From contig CM102283.1 in the NCBI GenBank assembly GCA_046563655.1, forward strand, positions 1,364,001-1,428,000: DNA of 64,000 nt, written 5' to 3'. The notes beneath the pieces are model-generated. The model ran no database searches. It had not been told where the DNA came from and saw only the letters and a list, made by a program, of their open reading frames with translations. Numbering within the stretch: the stretch's first letter is position 1; each line of letters opens with the position of its first letter. Both the position numbers and the translations under genes were made by a program. Of this stretch, positions 63,001-64,000 are shown piece after piece. The stretch is from Yuukianura sp. NJ FZ-2021 (Eukaryota).

Positions 63001-63335
63001 CCCTATGCCGCCAAATTGAAATTCTGAACACCACAAACGCCCACTTGAGAAGTTGTACTGTCTTTGGATCTTATTTACTACGAGGGCTTTGTGGATTGGG
63101 GAAAAGATGGGAATTAAATTGCGGAAGAAGTGGAGCAGAAAGTGAAAATCAGGAAGACCATAAATGTAGGGAGGGTTCAATTGACTTATGGGGGAGTATT
63201 GACTTACGGAGTATTTGGCAAGGCGATTCACTGGACAGTTGAAAACTACAGATTCTGCTCCGGAATGAACGGTAATGTTGGTTGACGTGAAAAGCGAGTC
63301 GAAGAAAGGACTGTCTTCGGCACTTTCTCCATCAT
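42044..63335 (-). CDS. dpr: Dpr-family (defective proboscis extension response) two-Ig-domain cell-surface protein, GPI-anchored; 5' exon(s) outside window
   Basis: Phase-consistent exons 63208-63335, 58612-58831, 43453-43669, 42686-42825, 42044-42156. Ig1: NITVHSG..FNCPV..VSWMK..LLTVDQVVYSSD..SGEYQCQISSHPP. Ig2: STLELRC..VSWFHDKRLLN..RGGISVKSE..DSGYYTC. The Dpr-typical VLNGETPAAMQ is followed by a hydrophobic tail FPFLLAAAILTTLIIF* (GPI-signal-like). The exact paralog is not determined. Confidence 0.88.
44122..44235 (+). repeat. G-rich ~40-bp tandem repeat (3 copies)
   Basis: G(10-13)TTGGAGTGAGTTTTGAGAAGGTGGGA repeated about three times. Confidence 0.85.
45436..45786 (-). repeat. 3' LTR
   Basis: Identical to 52334-52684. 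On the minus strand it begins TGAAGG and ends TATCA, and contains TCAGTT (Inr-like) followed at once by AATAAA. Confidence 0.97.
45787..45797 (-). other. Polypurine tract (PPT)
   Basis: Minus-strand GAGGGAGGGAA directly abuts the 3' LTR. Confidence 0.9.
45809..51514 (-). CDS. Gag-Pol-Env polyprotein, 1901 aa
   Basis: Copia Gag N-terminus KLDGSNYIRWK; CCHC knuckle CRNCGKIGHWKVDC; protease WYADSGANQH; HHCC WHKRLAH..CSKC; integrase HVD..SDNGTEY..NGRAER; RT LYGLKQAPRCW..YVDD; RNase H CDSDYAG..EAEY..DNQSAI..ADFLTK. Then ~550 aa with a hydrophobic signal, KR|fusion peptide, heptad repeat, Cys-rich ectodomain and TM helix. Confidence 0.95.
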   Translation of the reverse strand: MDSKSIFDMKNVVKLDGSNYIRWKLQIGLILKAMKLWDIVNGTKPRPEAVGDAQTKWDEQDIQAQALIVPTLSASQTAHIYGCSTSSEIYTKLRDLNSDASVVNKNQTLASFFNYSISPNQKLVEAFGEMEQIWMSLTEIGTNLDESTVVARLVSALPEPKYRILKKSWDSVPADSQTMVMLLARFKKEDLDQKVADESSGKSGKSTAFSTNDPKNQKKDFSKEKGKGQRKNYSDLDQKKAKSRCRNCGKIGHWKVDCRCPPSNRNFSENSEKRDSDKGASGSKDSLHAFMVMDEKYEDFSDDELQTDLQKDSKAVWYADSGANQHITGVKQWFIDYMAFEMPRSVYLTDSSTAQAVGHGTVQLEALIGNNWDLVTLENVLYIPGATNLFSESVMVQKGFKVTRNKHGTKFWTSDGVLGPVSTLENNMFVMRFRPVQQVNALISKSSIGKIWHKRLAHVNPIYIKNSIASGAISGIPIDQISTDFHCSKCEMGKQARQPFPPVARRNTKPGEMMHVDTAGKMPVTSIGGANYFIVFVDDCTGFVNVSFVSTKNQIPNVVIEHIKFMERQTGQKLKVMRSDNGTEYVNSTLEDFFSKEGIAHEKTVPYCPESNGRAERHVRILKDTARTLLQQSKLPEYLWGEAIANAVYIRNRLINKQSPEKTPFERIFGRKPFLGHVRIFGSKAFSHVPKQQRKVWDSKSKKLTLVGYDSLSVKKYRLYDAESRQIVFGRNVSFVEKKPKSNGILIPLPMNDITKEEVKDTEPIITEVSDEDEVEIQNSKTDVEKQGVKLTISKVDGQYVANLPNSVVEKLHHMTLRDRSSLSKPEYYQAKAAMNIMDPHSYSEALASPEKDEWMKAMTDEMESHAKNSTWTLVPKIPKMRILENRWVYKVKKKPNGEIDKFKARLVIKGYRQKYGIDYNETFSSVCRYETIRLLLALASSQNLKLTQFDVKTAFLNGDLEEIIFMRQPEGFENGSDEVCKLNKSLYGLKQAPRCWSEKVKEALEKVSMIQSKYDPSLYFRQSGNEIILLAIYVDDGLIASSSEKETLELLEFLKSQFEITVENDPKRFVGLELCRSQEGSITVHQSGYLSDVLEKFNMTECKPKTVPMSPGCELPSVQGEAEGIPFRQLIGSLLFLAKCTRPDISFAVSKLSQFLSGFNEKHWIAAKNVLRYLSGTKDTSITYESGRNLTISGFCDSDYAGDHSDRKSTSGFIFFANNSPLSWMSQKQPIVACSSSEAEYISLSSAAREAVWLNGLATEIGITQEDPIELNLDNQSAIKLAHNPEFHSRTKHIDVRYHYTRELVENRKIKISYVSTDNQKADFLTKPLSKSKFEDMKRMSGLTNRSQTPKNASGNSSNFAKVLLFLMLVAVGIPQTDPIGMQKPQFVLWTKMDVPVIQGVNEVRLLFQFTRPCDLLTTEMIHPDLLQMAKIRCTEIYEKLFISEMEKFCPPKLLTDLHQVSKRGIFVFILGAITATILASFGLGVAGVVTAVQAQGQIQTVSEILAQQDLEIKRQQKLAEFHDKAIEALMKFSTGLAEDVQKIENDLIKLKTKSIDTNFIVSYISSRLVIGNHIVKEAHRKWDFNSMHSPFFDFLNYSLPCEKKCPIDLGYPKQCHMDLKKENLYMEFTVPVIDHDLVLVKAEPFFLRKVINNLTCTIHYTGPENAIISLKEDCVYDINVRYTDKDDLILAPEHKCLASDDLPQTSKYFAVDRCLPYRKNDAIDFIQVKTMGGNNFIYCSGNQIEIAGKKRDCPDEVFLLSRMTEFKINDFRYLASTLDLTEKEKLDPIFTTHANWHLEPTLNITQLMEESGLSELEKQRPKEDTNNREISSHGLYWKENAWMGILIGLIMIGLIIASGFLVFRVMQLKKMKPTFKITAEQVSDALEIQPLSNTSNTRS
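52320..52331 (-). other. Primer binding site (tRNA-iMet 3' end)
   Basis: Minus-strand TGGTAGCAGAGG, 2 nt inside the 5' LTR, is complementary to the 3' end (...CCUCUGCUACCA) of animal initiator tRNA-Met. Confidence 0.9.
52334..52684 (-). repeat. 5' LTR
   Basis: 351 bp, identical to 45436-45786; flanked by the PBS and the GAGTC TSD. Confidence 0.97.
54861..55088. mobile_element. Non-autonomous hAT-type MITE (228 bp)
   Basis: 22-bp TIRs CAGGGCTGCCAAAAATATTTAC / GTAAATATTTTTGGCATGTCTG (3 mismatches); 8-bp TSD TGAGCATT / TGACCATT (7/8). Confidence 0.85.
59448..60012. repeat. 11-bp minisatellite, left part
   Basis: About 51 units of CAACATACC(AA/CG/CA). Confidence 0.97.
60013..60472 (+). mobile_element. 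Solo LTR (460 bp), probably Ty3/gypsy-type
   Basis: Termini TGTGATGAAA...TTTCACTACA (imperfect inverted repeat), 4-bp TSD ATAC (60009-60012 and 60473-60476), internal TATAAAAG (~60233) and AATAAA (~60373). Confidence 0.85.
60473..60793. repeat. 11-bp minisatellite, right part
   Basis: About 29 units of the same CAACATACC(AA/CG/CA) repeat. Confidence 0.97.
60833..60938. repeat. Perfect 53-bp tandem duplication
   Basis: GTTGCGGCACTCCCTAGCGTTGGAATAAAAATCTGAAAATTTTACCAATTTTT x2. Confidence 0.95.
61040..61156. mobile_element. Tiny Tc1/mariner-type MITE (117 bp)
   Basis: TIRs CAGGGTGGGCC / GGCGCACCCTG plus inner CGTACCC / GGGTACG. Right flank TA, left flank AA. Confidence 0.7.
61190..61328. repeat. 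30-bp minisatellite (~4.6 copies)
   Basis: GAG(C/T)ATGA(G/A)AAACTGATGAAACTCGTGTGT units. Confidence 0.95.
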
Positions 63336-63544
63336 CTGAAAACAATTAATTAAAGTCAATTTGTAATTAAGTTTAATAGCAACTAAAATCAACTAAGAAT
63401 TAAAGTTGATCTGGAATTAAAAACTAAGCCTAATATTGACATTAGAAAGAGAAACCTGTGTGAATAAAAAGGAATATGTAGAAACATTGTCGTTTGACAT
63501 TCTTTTTGCATAAGGAAAGGTTAACGTTTGTTCCAAATTTTGCA

Positions 63545-63960
63545 ATTTATGTAATCGATAAAAAATAGGCTATTGTATGAAAAACCGTTTGTATAAATCA
63601 TATACATTATATAATCAAACAATAACTCTGTTATGTAAATGATGTAACTATGCACAAGTTTTATACGAATTTGTCTTTTGTATCGGGTAAAGCTATATGG
63701 AGTGAATTTCGTTATGGAACAAGACGTTTTTATGTAAATGATGTAATGCCGATGATGTAAATTAAATGTAGATGTGAATTCTGTAAATTGTGTGAGGAGA
63801 GGAAAGGTGTGTTATGTAAATAAAAGTAAATTACGCATGAAAAGACAAACTTTTATGTAGATGACGCAAAGTTATGTAATGAAAGGAAATGTTTTATGTA
63901 AGAATTTTGTGTGAACATTCGAAAAAACGAGTTTTTATTTGCAAAAAGTTGAGTTATGTG
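63545..63960. repeat. Degenerate TTATGTAAATGATGTAA-rich repeat region
   Basis: The motif (G/T)TTATGTAA(A)/GATGTAA recurs many times; possibly subterminal repeats of a transposon remnant. Confidence 0.5.
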
Positions 63961-64000
63961 GATCCTTGACTGATAATTTTTATGACGGTGAGATTTTGAA

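Overview
Eukaryotic, intron-rich, AT-rich arthropod DNA; the gene families suggest a hexapod such as a springtail (inference). From left to right: (1) a + strand tandem array of 3-exon, ~397-aa GR/OR-like 7TM chemoreceptor genes (one partial, three complete, one truncated pseudogene), with a 2-exon knottin peptide gene hidden inside it; (2) a 16-exon minus-strand class IA PI3K regulatory subunit gene (C1-SAM-C1-RhoGAP-SH2-iSH2-SH2, ~1007 aa); (3) a minus-strand Dpr-family two-Ig-domain, probably GPI-anchored gene whose 5' end lies beyond the window. A 15-kb intron of the Dpr gene holds the main find: a complete, apparently very young Ty1/copia LTR retrotransposon (45436-52684). It has identical 351-bp LTRs, a GAGTC target-site duplication (TSD), a tRNA-iMet primer-binding site (PBS) and a polypurine tract (PPT). 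Its single 1901-aa ORF runs Gag-PR-IN-RT-RH and then continues in frame into a ~550-aa class I fusion-protein-like envelope, making it a candidate enveloped copia 'virus' of an animal. Several MITEs, a solo LTR, minisatellites and one artefactual assembly gap are also present. All gene models were built by eye from splice signals and phase; no database searches were run.
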